Assembly: GCA_963849325.1 (NCBI GenBank)
Contig: CAWKHF010000001.1
Span: 1 to 64,000, forward strand
Source: an uncultured Planctomycetota bacterium
GTDB taxonomy: Bacteria; Planctomycetota; Planctomycetia; Gemmatales; Gemmataceae
DNA: 64,000 bases
Direction: 5' to 3'
The notes under the pieces are model-generated. The model ran no database searches. It worked only from the letters and a program-made list of their open reading frames with translations, and was not told where the DNA came from. This document shows positions 50,047 through 59,258 of this stretch, in pieces. Made by a program: the position numbers and the translations under genes. Each line of letters begins with the position of its first letter. Position 1 is the stretch's first letter.

Positions 50047-51059
50047 AGCTCGGCTTTCTGGCGTTGCCCGAGGACGAACGCCGCCTGTACATCGAGCAGG
50101 CGGCGGTTCGCCGTAACCTGTCCCCGGTGATCCTGGAGAAGGACTTCTGGGTGTGCTGGCTGCTCGGCATCCTCTTCGAGTCCGAGTTCGCCGGAAGCCT
50201 CGTGTTCAAGGGCGGCACGTCGCTGTCGAAGGTCTTCGGCGTCATCGACCGGTTTTCGGAAGACATCGACCTGTCGCTATCGCCTGACTTCCTGAAACTG
50301 CCGGAAGCAGGCACGAGCCGCAACCAGGCCAACAAGTGGATGACCAGGGCCGAGGCCGCTTGCGGCATCGCCGTGCAGAACCAGATCGCACCGGCGCTGG
50401 AAACCGCCGTGGCGGGGATTCTCGGCCGAGGTGACCGCGCGTGGTTCGAGTTCCTGACCGATCCCGGCACGCATTCGCCGGTGTTGCTGTTCCACTACCC
50501 CTCGGCCCACCCGACGGGGTTCGAGTATCTCAACCGCGCGGTCAAGCTGGAGTTCGGCTCGCTGACCGACCAGCAGCCGGTCGGCCGCCATCCGGTAAAA
50601 CCGTGGGTAGCCGAAGTGTTACCCGCCGCCTTTCCCGACTGGAAATGCGAGGTCGTCGCCCTGGAAGTGGAGCGGAGCTTCTGGGAGAAGGCGACGATCC
50701 TCCACACCGAGTACTACCGGCCGACCGACAAGCCGACGCCGGATCGGTTCTCGCGGCACTATGCCGACACGGCGGCACTAGCGAAGCACCCGGCTGCGGG
50801 TAAAGCGGTGGACCAGCACGAGCTACGCCGCCGCGTCGTGCAGTGGAAGAGCCAGTTCTTCGGCAGTTCGTGGGCGAACTACGACCGCGCAAAGCCCGGC
50901 ACGTTTCGCCTCGTCCCGCCGCCCGAGCGGCTGCCCGCGCTGCGGCGTGACTACCAGGCGATGCGGGATATGTACCTTTCCGAGCCTGCCAGTTTCGAGG
51001 AGATTCTCGCGATCTTGGCCGGGCTGGAAAGCCGCATCAACCAAGCGGGCGGAGGATGA
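50043..51059 (+). CDS. AbiEii nucleotidyltransferase toxin
   Basis: EKDFWV, FKGGTSLSK, RFSEDIDL, RSFWEK, SRHYAD. Confidence 0.92.
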   Translation: MKLGFLALPEDERRLYIEQAAVRRNLSPVILEKDFWVCWLLGILFESEFAGSLVFKGGTSLSKVFGVIDRFSEDIDLSLSPDFLKLPEAGTSRNQANKWMTRAEAACGIAVQNQIAPALETAVAGILGRGDRAWFEFLTDPGTHSPVLLFHYPSAHPTGFEYLNRAVKLEFGSLTDQQPVGRHPVKPWVAEVLPAAFPDWKCEVVALEVERSFWEKATILHTEYYRPTDKPTPDRFSRHYADTAALAKHPAAGKAVDQHELRRRVVQWKSQFFGSSWANYDRAKPGTFRLVPPPERLPALRRDYQAMRDMYLSEPASFEEILAILAGLESRINQAGGG

Positions 51060-51066
51060 GAACAGC

Positions 51067-52191
51067 ATGGCCGACAGCGCCGCGACGAACAACGTGTTCC
51101 TCGACACCGAGGTGTTCGACTGCCACCAGTTCGACTTCGGGGCGTCGAGCTTTCGCCGGCTCGTCCGGCTGGCTGCCGATGGCCCCATGCGTGTGCTGCT
51201 GACGACTGTCACGGTTTCGGAGGTCCGCAGGCACATCGACGAACACGCCGAGAGAGCATTCAAGCAGGTCGAAACCTTCCGCCGCATCCTTCCGCTGACC
51301 CGAAGGGTCGTCACGCCGGAGTTGCACGAAGCCCTGTCCAGTACCACAACAGAGGAGTTTCGTCAGGCGATCCACACGGCATTCGACCATTTCCTGGCCG
51401 ACACCAAAGCTAGCGTGCTTTCGGTTGATGGCGTATCCCCGGAAGCAATCTTCAAGGCTTACTTTGAAGTGAAGCCACCCTTTGGGGATGGGGCAAAGAA
51501 GAACGAGTTCCCGGATGCCTTTGCCTCCGCCGCTCTTCTAGCGTGGGCGGCCGAAGACGAAAACGGCAAGGTTTACGTTGTCAGTAACGACAAGGACTGG
51601 CGACGGGTCTGTCAGGACAATGCAGCGTTTCTCCATATGGCCCAACTCAGCGAACTACTCGAAAAATACGCCGATTCCGAACTGGTCAGCTACATCCGAG
51701 AGGCGATCAACGACCGCCAAGACGAGTTGAAGACCCTGCTCGATGCCGCCGCCAAGGAGCTTTACTTCTACTCGTCCGATGGGGTGGAAGCAGAAATCGA
51801 AGAGCCGGACGAGGTGGACGTGAAGATTGACGACTTCCACGTCATCGAAGCGAAGGACGGCAAGGCAACCGTCAACCTCGCGTGTACGCTGCATTACGCA
51901 GTCACCATCACCGACGATGACCCCGATTCTGGTTACACCGACCCCGACGATGGCGACAGGCGTTTCGTCTTTCGCCGCAGTGGGACTGTTGAAGGGGATG
52001 ACGAAGCGGCGGTGACACTGACGTTGCTGTACGACCAGGCACATCCTGAACAGGTAACGTTCGGGACGGTTGCATTCGCCCAGCAGGAAGTCCACGTTTC
52101 CTTCGAGGACGGCGACCTGTCTCGCGAGGACGATTATGACGACGACGATTACGACTTCCCAGACGAGGAACCATCGGACGAGGAACCGTAA
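51067..52191 (+). CDS. PIN-domain protein (DUF4935-like) with acidic C-terminus
   Basis: VFLDT, YF..KPPF...KKNEFPDA, VVSNDKDW. Confidence 0.85.
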   Translation: MADSAATNNVFLDTEVFDCHQFDFGASSFRRLVRLAADGPMRVLLTTVTVSEVRRHIDEHAERAFKQVETFRRILPLTRRVVTPELHEALSSTTTEEFRQAIHTAFDHFLADTKASVLSVDGVSPEAIFKAYFEVKPPFGDGAKKNEFPDAFASAALLAWAAEDENGKVYVVSNDKDWRRVCQDNAAFLHMAQLSELLEKYADSELVSYIREAINDRQDELKTLLDAAAKELYFYSSDGVEAEIEEPDEVDVKIDDFHVIEAKDGKATVNLACTLHYAVTITDDDPDSGYTDPDDGDRRFVFRRSGTVEGDDEAAVTLTLLYDQAHPEQVTFGTVAFAQQEVHVSFEDGDLSREDDYDDDDYDFPDEEPSDEEP

Positions 52192-52212
52192 CAAGTAGAA
52201 GAGGCATGACCC

Positions 52213-53208
52213 ATGCGCCGGCGGAAGCGCAGCAAGAACTGGCCGCGCCCCACCCTCACCGAGGATCAAATCCTGGCGTGGGCCGACGCCCATCACGAAC
52301 TCAAGGGAAGCTGGCCGCGAAAGGACTCGGGGTTGGTTCCGGGAAGCTGGACGCAGCGCTGGTCGGGCATCGACTCGGCGTTGCAGAAAGGTCTGCGCGG
52401 CTTGCAGGGCGGTTCCTCCCTCGCCCGCTTGCTTGCCGCCCGGCGGGGAGTGCGAAACAAGAAGGGTCTGCCACACCTCACCGTCCGGCAAATCCTCCGG
52501 TGGGCCGATGCGTTCCATGCGACGCATCGCGCATGGCCGCAGCCCAAGACGAAGCCCGGTGGCATCCCCGGCACGAACGGCGAAACCTGGCTGGCCGTGG
52601 ATACCGCCCTCCGCGTTGGCCAGCGAGGGCTGCCGGGTGGCTCGTCGCTCCCGCAGATCCTCGCGGATCATCGCGGTGTTCGTAACATCGCGGACCTGCC
52701 GCCACTGCCAGTGGAGCAGGTACTTGCCTGGGCGGACGCCTTCCACAAACGAACGAGGCAGTGGCCGAAGCAGAAGCACTGGCCGGAGGTGATTCCTGGT
52801 TCCGGCGGGGAGACGTGGGGCAACGTGATCCAGGCGGTTGCGAAAGGACTCCGCGGTTTCCCCGGAGGGGAAACGCTGTTCGACCTGCTTGCCAGGCATC
52901 GCTGCGTGCGGAACGTGGGCCACCTGCCGCCACTGTCCGAAAAGCAAATTCTGGCGTGGGCCGACGCCCACTATGCCGCCCACGGCCAGTGGCCGACTTG
53001 CCGGTGTCCGCAGCAAGCCATCCCGGACACGGGCGGCGAGCGCTGGTTCAACATCGATCAAGCCTTGCGGAAGGGACTCCGGGGACTGCCCGGCGGTTCG
53101 TCGCTGCCGAGGCTGCTCGCAAAGTACCGTGGCGTTCCCAACCTGAAGAAGGGCATGGCCGCCCGGATGCTTGGCGGAAAGCATGTAGCCTCTTCGTCGC
53201 CCGTCTGA
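52213..53208 (+). CDS. Basic protein of four ~75-aa tandem repeats
   Basis: L.xxQILxWADA...WP...IPG...W..ID.AL..GLRGLPGGSSL.RLLA..RGVRN repeated four times. Confidence 0.8.
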   Translation: MRRRKRSKNWPRPTLTEDQILAWADAHHELKGSWPRKDSGLVPGSWTQRWSGIDSALQKGLRGLQGGSSLARLLAARRGVRNKKGLPHLTVRQILRWADAFHATHRAWPQPKTKPGGIPGTNGETWLAVDTALRVGQRGLPGGSSLPQILADHRGVRNIADLPPLPVEQVLAWADAFHKRTRQWPKQKHWPEVIPGSGGETWGNVIQAVAKGLRGFPGGETLFDLLARHRCVRNVGHLPPLSEKQILAWADAHYAAHGQWPTCRCPQQAIPDTGGERWFNIDQALRKGLRGLPGGSSLPRLLAKYRGVPNLKKGMAARMLGGKHVASSSPV

Positions 53209-53263
53209 CTGGCCCACAACGGCTGCCCGCTGTGCTTCAAGCAGATTGGTAGTCAATCCTCAA

Positions 53264-54421
53264 TCATCGAACACAGGATGATGGAGTGAAGTTGATCTTG
53301 TGTAGTGGCGGGTTTCCGACTTGTATGCGGAGCGACTGGTAGACGGCCGCGATGCCGAATGACCTGAGATTAGCACGATTGGCTCTCTCATCAACTACCC
53401 AAGGATGAGACAGGAGTGACCGAACAACACAGGACGTAATTCGTCCCGTCCATACCGGCCAACTCCATGCCGGCTCCTCATCGCCTGACCATCCCGTGCT
53501 GCCCAGGCCGCTGGCTTGTGGAATCGATGGAAGAAGCTGAAGGCCGTGATATGCCAGCAGGTTGAGTGCCCAATTCGTCTTGGCTTTGTTGCCGCTCGCC
53601 GTGGGATCGCTCCACATGATGGAGTAGCGACGATCCTCCTGTGGGTCCCATCGCATCGAGAGCTTTTCATCCTGGGGTTCAGAGTTGCTGAACAGTGCTT
53701 CTTCAAAGCGCCCTTCGGTCAAGTTCATTGCGAGTTGGCGAACCGTATCAAGGAAGTATTGATGACCTGAGCCCGTGATGAAGCAGAATTGCGTGGCCCG
53801 CATTTGCCCGGACTTCTCTTGGCCACACACGTCCGATCCGAAGGATGCGTACAGGTCGAGAATCTCTCGATTCGCTTGACCCGCCTCGCCAAGGCTGAAA
53901 AGCACCGCGTCCCGAAGCTCCTCGCATGTCGCGTTCAGGTGCTTTCCGAGGGAAAGCTCCAACGAGGGGACACAGGCCCGGAGTGCTGTCAACCACGCAG
54001 TTCGTAGTTGCGCCAGTTGGTTTCTGATCGGGGCGATTTCTCGGTCCTCAGCGGCTGTGCGTTCAGTCCCCCGCAGACGCCGCCCCTTCAATCTCTCGAT
54101 GGCTTCTTTGAGTTCGGTCTTCTTGCTGTCGAATTCGCTCTGGGCTTGGGTTCGCTTGGTGTCGGCATCCTGATTCGGCTGGAAAGGGCACTTCAGTTGC
54201 TTTGCCAGCGTCGATGCAATGACCTTCTGGTCACGACCCATCCCGTGAAGGACTGGGGTCCATGACGATCCATGAGACGACCAGGACATGGCAACCGCGG
54301 CAGCCTGAGCGGTAGTCAGGGTCTGGAGCGTCCCCAGGGCTGCCAGGAACCCCAGCGGATTCGTTCCGTCGAGGCCGTTGAGCAGCAAATCATCCTGCGG
54401 TGAGTCTGCGTTGGTGCTCAT
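53264..54421 (-). CDS. Type I-G Cas8g-like subunit (Csb3 / Cas3-extension family)
   Basis: GLDGTNPLGFLAALG, GHQYFL, MRWDP, WSWPVW; directly after cas3. Confidence 0.8.
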   Translation of the reverse strand: MSTNADSPQDDLLLNGLDGTNPLGFLAALGTLQTLTTAQAAAVAMSWSSHGSSWTPVLHGMGRDQKVIASTLAKQLKCPFQPNQDADTKRTQAQSEFDSKKTELKEAIERLKGRRLRGTERTAAEDREIAPIRNQLAQLRTAWLTALRACVPSLELSLGKHLNATCEELRDAVLFSLGEAGQANREILDLYASFGSDVCGQEKSGQMRATQFCFITGSGHQYFLDTVRQLAMNLTEGRFEEALFSNSEPQDEKLSMRWDPQEDRRYSIMWSDPTASGNKAKTNWALNLLAYHGLQLLPSIPQASGLGSTGWSGDEEPAWSWPVWTGRITSCVVRSLLSHPWVVDERANRANLRSFGIAAVYQSLRIQVGNPPLHKINFTPSSCVR

Positions 54422-57400
54422 GACGCTGCTCCAGCAGGTGCAGGCGACGTGGTGCTGGCATCGAGAACCCCGGCATCTTCATCGGCACTGGCTTGTTGAT
54501 CGGCGAGACGAAGAACTGCTTCGAGGTATGCCAGGCCCCACCAGCCGTACCGGCGAGTAAGTGCCCAAAAACGCTCAGCGATTCCAGAGTCGATCCGGTG
54601 CGGCGGAGATCGCCGACGGTCCTCACCCCGGAAGCCCACGCCAGCCACATGTACGTCCGGCGGTTCGTCGTCGATGCTGACCGGGGCGAACGGCCGGGCG
54701 TAGCCATGATGCGCGGCGATCAGGTGCAAAATCAGATCACGATGACCGTGCTCCGCTGGAAGGGCATCGATCCGCTCCGCAATCTGCAAAGAGAGCATTT
54801 CGTGGCGGAACCCCTCGGGCAGCCCGGCTCGTTCGCGCGCTTCCTTCCGCTGTCTGGGTGTTTGTGGCATGCCGTCGGATTTGGCTAGCAATGTGGAATC
54901 CACGCCGGTGAGCAGCCAGGCGTCGGTGCGGTCGGTTCGCCGCAACATGGCCTGAAACCGCTCGTCGGCTTTGCCGAGATCGTGCAAGTCGGCTGCCAAC
55001 CGATAGACATCGGCCAGCTCGTCGAACGGCAGGGCGGCAATCGTCCGGACCACTTCTTCCCGAACGTGTCGGGTGTGGTCGTCCAGCCGTACCGGCTGCT
55101 CGCGCGATGTGCGAGACCGATCATCTTCGCCTTCATCGGCAACGGGCAAGTACCAGGACGTTCCGGACTCCACACGACGACGTGTCATCAACACGCAGCC
55201 GCGATCATCAGGATAGTTTTCGCGGATCAAACCGAATCGTCGGCTGGCCAGGTTGCGCCAGGCGGTTGCAAGTTCGAGGTGATCCGACCCGAAGCTGTCG
55301 GCGGCCTCGGTCAGCAATCGACGCAACTCGGCCAGCGTCAGCAGCTCCTCGGAATCGCTGACCCGCTCCAGTAGTCCAGTGATGGCGAGTGAATCCGGCA
55401 ACAATGCCCGCAGGGTCAGGTGCAGCCGAAGGACGGCACGATCCCGCGCCGTTCTGAAAGCAGCCTCGGCAGTATCAATGGGTGTCTGGGGTGGGATATG
55501 CCCCAGTTCATTCCACCCCTCGGTGCTGGCGGGAAGAACAAGTGTGTCCCCAGGGCGGAGGTCGCCGAGCGAACGGACCAGTACACTATCGCGCGTGCCC
55601 CGCCAAAGAACTCCGGCCCGTGACTCCAGCAATCGCTTCTTGCTCTGGTTCCTGCCGTTTCCCGCCTGACCATTCGCAGGTGTTGTGTCCGCTGTCCCCA
55701 GCACGTCGCCTTGATCGGGGTTGTCGGAATCGTCGGTCAGCCAGCGTCGCGCTCGGGAAATCGGAACACTCATGCATTCGGCGGCCGTAGGGGGCAGCAA
55801 CCCGACAATGTCGCACCAGTCCGATCGTTTCAGGTGGTCGTCCTCAACCAGGTCGGCCCGCCAGCAAACCTGAACATCCGGCTCACCCGACTGCGGGCCG
55901 TGAATGAACAGCGATGCCTCGGGGTCCGGGAGGGGCCGTGGGCTCGTCTGGCACCAGCAATCGAGATAGGCCGGCAACATTACAGGGGCGTTCCGTGACG
56001 CCGAGGGTGCCAAGAGCGTTGCGGGAATCCTGCCGCCCTCCCCGTGCTCCTGAAGCGTGGCCGTGAACGCATCGATCCCAAAGTCGATCCGGCGGATTTC
56101 GACGACCGCCTGTGCCCCAGACCGGCGTCTTCGGGTTGAAGTCGCACCGGCATCCGGTTCAACGCGAAGCACCTGCGAATACTCGCTGAGCCAGTTCCAG
56201 GTCCGCGAGAGGGCGTTGCCGTATATCGGACCGAGAGGGTTGCCGTCATCCAACTGCGACTCTTCCATTGCCTGATTGCTGTCGATCAGAATCACAGCCT
56301 GTGCGTCGATTGCACGCCCGCCCCGATTGAGTCGCCCGAACCGCTGCCGGAGCGCATCAAGCGAGGCGCATTCCGTTACTAGGGCATCGAAATCGTAGTC
56401 GGCCCCCACTTCCAAGCACTGGGTGGCCACAACAAAGCTCGTCTCAGTTGTCACATTGGGCCGGTCTGGTCCGACGACGACTCGCAAGCGCTCGGCCTGC
56501 CGGTCCCGGTCGATCGGTCGCATGGAGCCGATGACCAGTTCAGCCACGGCGTCAGGATGCCTGGCCCGCAATTGTTCGTAGATCGCTCTGGCCGTGGCCA
56601 CACGGTTCACGATGATGCCCACGGCGACCGGGACACCTTTAGCCAGTGTTTCCGCTTCACTCGCGGCGGATTGAACGATGTCGGACACGCTCAACAACCT
56701 GGCCGGCTTGGACGCCTTGAGACGGTTGTCGAGGCCGACGTTATCACGATCCTTCGGCCCCAAACGGATCACGTCTGCGGCGTTCACCCCTTCCGGGGGC
56801 GTCGCGGTCATCGGCACCACGACCATCGGGGGGACGCCGACCCGCTCCTTGGCCCAGCTCTCGGGATCGAGATAACGCTTTGCGAAATCGAGCGTCTGGA
56901 GAAATGGCCGGCTGATGTGGGCCTCGTCGAGCAGCACGAGGCTATCGTAGGCGATGAGCGCCGCCTGGATCGGTGCGGCATTCGGCGAGACACCGTAACC
57001 GCGGAAAAGCAGCCGCGACCCCAGTTGGTCAATGGTCGTGCAGACAATCGTCGGCTGGGTGGCGGAACGTGCCCAGCGATTGTCGCGGTAGATGCCGCCG
57101 CGAAGTTCCAGGACATCCAACGGTGGCCCGCTCTCTCTGGCCATCCCGGAGAGTTGCCGGAGAGCAGCAGCCGTTCGGGCAAGCACCGGAGAGGTCGCGG
57201 AGTCCTGTTCAGCAGCCCAAATCTGTCGGGCAATGCGCATCGCCCGCTGATGGGCCTCGTCCACGATTACCCGTCGATTGACGCAGAAGAAGATTCGCCG
57301 CGCCGCGGTCTGTTCGGACTTCTTCCACGAAGCCTGGCAAGCGAGGGCGAACACCGCGATGTCCAGGCACGAGGTTTTCCCGCTGCCGGTTGGAAGGTCA

Positions 57401-57522
57401 ACCGCACCCGGCCAAGTTCCCGCGATGACCCGCTCAGCTAGCCGGTACTGCCAGTCATAAGGAGCGCGACCGTGCAGTTCCCGGAAGTAGTCCTCGAAGT
57501 CGGCAAGCGTCAGTGGGTTCAT
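54418..57522 (-). CDS. cas3: Type I-G Cas3 helicase with C-terminal HD nuclease
   Basis: PTGSGKT, GSRLLFRGYG, LDEAH, QRFGRLNR; C-terminal HDLGK, RHE, HHG, LAD. Confidence 0.95.
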   Translation of the reverse strand: MNPLTLADFEDYFRELHGRAPYDWQYRLAERVIAGTWPGAVDLPTGSGKTSCLDIAVFALACQASWKKSEQTAARRIFFCVNRRVIVDEAHQRAMRIARQIWAAEQDSATSPVLARTAAALRQLSGMARESGPPLDVLELRGGIYRDNRWARSATQPTIVCTTIDQLGSRLLFRGYGVSPNAAPIQAALIAYDSLVLLDEAHISRPFLQTLDFAKRYLDPESWAKERVGVPPMVVVPMTATPPEGVNAADVIRLGPKDRDNVGLDNRLKASKPARLLSVSDIVQSAASEAETLAKGVPVAVGIIVNRVATARAIYEQLRARHPDAVAELVIGSMRPIDRDRQAERLRVVVGPDRPNVTTETSFVVATQCLEVGADYDFDALVTECASLDALRQRFGRLNRGGRAIDAQAVILIDSNQAMEESQLDDGNPLGPIYGNALSRTWNWLSEYSQVLRVEPDAGATSTRRRRSGAQAVVEIRRIDFGIDAFTATLQEHGEGGRIPATLLAPSASRNAPVMLPAYLDCWCQTSPRPLPDPEASLFIHGPQSGEPDVQVCWRADLVEDDHLKRSDWCDIVGLLPPTAAECMSVPISRARRWLTDDSDNPDQGDVLGTADTTPANGQAGNGRNQSKKRLLESRAGVLWRGTRDSVLVRSLGDLRPGDTLVLPASTEGWNELGHIPPQTPIDTAEAAFRTARDRAVLRLHLTLRALLPDSLAITGLLERVSDSEELLTLAELRRLLTEAADSFGSDHLELATAWRNLASRRFGLIRENYPDDRGCVLMTRRRVESGTSWYLPVADEGEDDRSRTSREQPVRLDDHTRHVREEVVRTIAALPFDELADVYRLAADLHDLGKADERFQAMLRRTDRTDAWLLTGVDSTLLAKSDGMPQTPRQRKEARERAGLPEGFRHEMLSLQIAERIDALPAEHGHRDLILHLIAAHHGYARPFAPVSIDDEPPDVHVAGVGFRGEDRRRSPPHRIDSGIAERFWALTRRYGWWGLAYLEAVLRLADQQASADEDAGVLDASTTSPAPAGAAS

Positions 57523-59258
57523 TGGCCGACTCCTTCCCTGAGCGGTTTGCACAGGCCATAGCCCAGGAATCGACCGGCGCAAAGCAGGATCGGGCCAACC
57601 ACGGGTTCGGCAAACCGCAGGTGGACATGCAGCTGTGGCCTGAGACCGTTCGATCCTTTCGCAGGATAGGTTGGGAAGCCGTCACCGAGCGAAGTTGTGC
57701 TGTCAGCTGCGCCGGCATGTTCCTGAAGCGGACGGCGTTTCGTGGAGGCGCGAGGACTGCCCCGGTGCCAGCTCGTCGTGCCGAACTGCACTTCCGCGGG
57801 GGCCGGCAATCCAAGCCGCTGGCAGGCAGTCTCGATGATCTCTACGACTTCCATCTGCCACTTGGTCTGTTCCCGCGCCCGATCGGCCTTTGGGAAGCGA
57901 TCAAGAACCACGGGCGTGACTGTGGCCCAGGTTGTCGCTCCGTGGGGATGTGCGGTCCACGTCTCCGGCTTCAGGCCCTGCCGCGATTCGGACCAGTCGC
58001 GCTTGACGAGCGTCCACTCCCCGAGCGAGCCCAAGGTTAGTCTGATTTCTCTCGACTCGCCGGACCTCGGATCGAGCACGAACGGAGCAAGCACTCGCCC
58101 CCTATCGGGGCGGGCAATCTCGCGCGGGAAAACCAGGGCGGCTCCCAGCAGGTGGCCATCAGCGTAGTCGCTGCCAACGAAAGGCAGTGGAATGTAGGCC
58201 AGATGTTGCCGGCCATTTCGCAGCGGCTGGCAACCATCCAAGTGGCCGCTGACCCATGACGGAGGCGGCTGCACCCCGCTCAGACTCATGACCGTACCGC
58301 GGAGAGCCTGGGTGACTGCCAGCGTCGAAACCAGCGGTAAGCGCGGGCCGTCGATCTGCGTCAGAATCAGAATGTCGCTGTCGAAATCCGTGTGCCGCGT
58401 GGGCGCGAGTGGTTCCGACTCACACCGCCGATACCCGGACCACAAGCCGAGCTTCGGCCGGATCGGAGGCCGGGGATCAACCGATTTCAGACGCTCCCGA
58501 ATTGCGCCGATCTGTCGATCAATAGCCGCCTTTTGCTCCGACGCGCCCTTGCCGCGGATGGTCTTCTTCTTGGCGGCCAGTGATTCGATCTCGCCGGTCA
58601 ACCGATCAAATTCCTCGCGCCCTCGGCGGTTAAACTGGCGATCGAGCAGGTCGAGTGTGCCCTCAGATGCTCGCCGCGCCTGCCAGTCAGCCAACCCGTC
58701 ATCGGGCACCCACGTTTCCGATTGGCGAGGTGAGTGCGTGTCTTCTGCCACCCACATCCGCACCAACGATGACGAGTGACCGATGCGGGTGACTTTGCCG
58801 CACAGTCCATCCAGGGCTACTTGGTGCCTCTCCACGTCCTCCAGGACAGCGTTGGGCCAATGCAGGAAGCAAAGAGCGTCGCCGACCCATGCAGACGGGA
58901 ACGTGCGGTCATTCTTCTTTCGTGCGATCGCAGGCGCGGATTGAAGTGTCCCCGACTTCTTCTCCGGGAATGTATCCTTCGCTTGGTCGCCATTGACCGG
59001 GACGAATACCGTCACGACCTTCCGATGACTCACCTCACCGTCAGGCGGCAGAACAAGATGAGGGTCGCCGAGCTTTTCCAGCCATCTCAGGGCGATTCCT
59101 TCCTCAGCGTCTTCGCCCGTTTCAAACCACGCTGCCGCCAGTGCCATAAAGACGCGGCCGGGATGGGGCGGCCATTCAGCCCGCTGGCGACTGGCCGGGT
59201 CAGTCGCCACGCAGTATCCGGTCAGGTATTCCCACCCGATGGTCAAGCCCGGCATCAC
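57519..59258 (-). CDS. csb2: Type I-G Cas5/Cas6 fusion Csb2
   Basis: EWPPHPGRVFMAL, IGHSSS, WATVTPVVL, GPILLCAGRFLGYGLC. Confidence 0.92.
   Translation of the reverse strand: MMPGLTIGWEYLTGYCVATDPASRQRAEWPPHPGRVFMALAAAWFETGEDAEEGIALRWLEKLGDPHLVLPPDGEVSHRKVVTVFVPVNGDQAKDTFPEKKSGTLQSAPAIARKKNDRTFPSAWVGDALCFLHWPNAVLEDVERHQVALDGLCGKVTRIGHSSSLVRMWVAEDTHSPRQSETWVPDDGLADWQARRASEGTLDLLDRQFNRRGREEFDRLTGEIESLAAKKKTIRGKGASEQKAAIDRQIGAIRERLKSVDPRPPIRPKLGLWSGYRRCESEPLAPTRHTDFDSDILILTQIDGPRLPLVSTLAVTQALRGTVMSLSGVQPPPSWVSGHLDGCQPLRNGRQHLAYIPLPFVGSDYADGHLLGAALVFPREIARPDRGRVLAPFVLDPRSGESREIRLTLGSLGEWTLVKRDWSESRQGLKPETWTAHPHGATTWATVTPVVLDRFPKADRAREQTKWQMEVVEIIETACQRLGLPAPAEVQFGTTSWHRGSPRASTKRRPLQEHAGAADSTTSLGDGFPTYPAKGSNGLRPQLHVHLRFAEPVVGPILLCAGRFLGYGLCKPLREGVGQ

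Noticed and set aside
51655-53256. 533-aa ORF following cas8g as a cas4/cas1 candidate
   Set aside because: Antisense shadow of the repeat and PIN genes; no Cas1 or Cas4 motifs.
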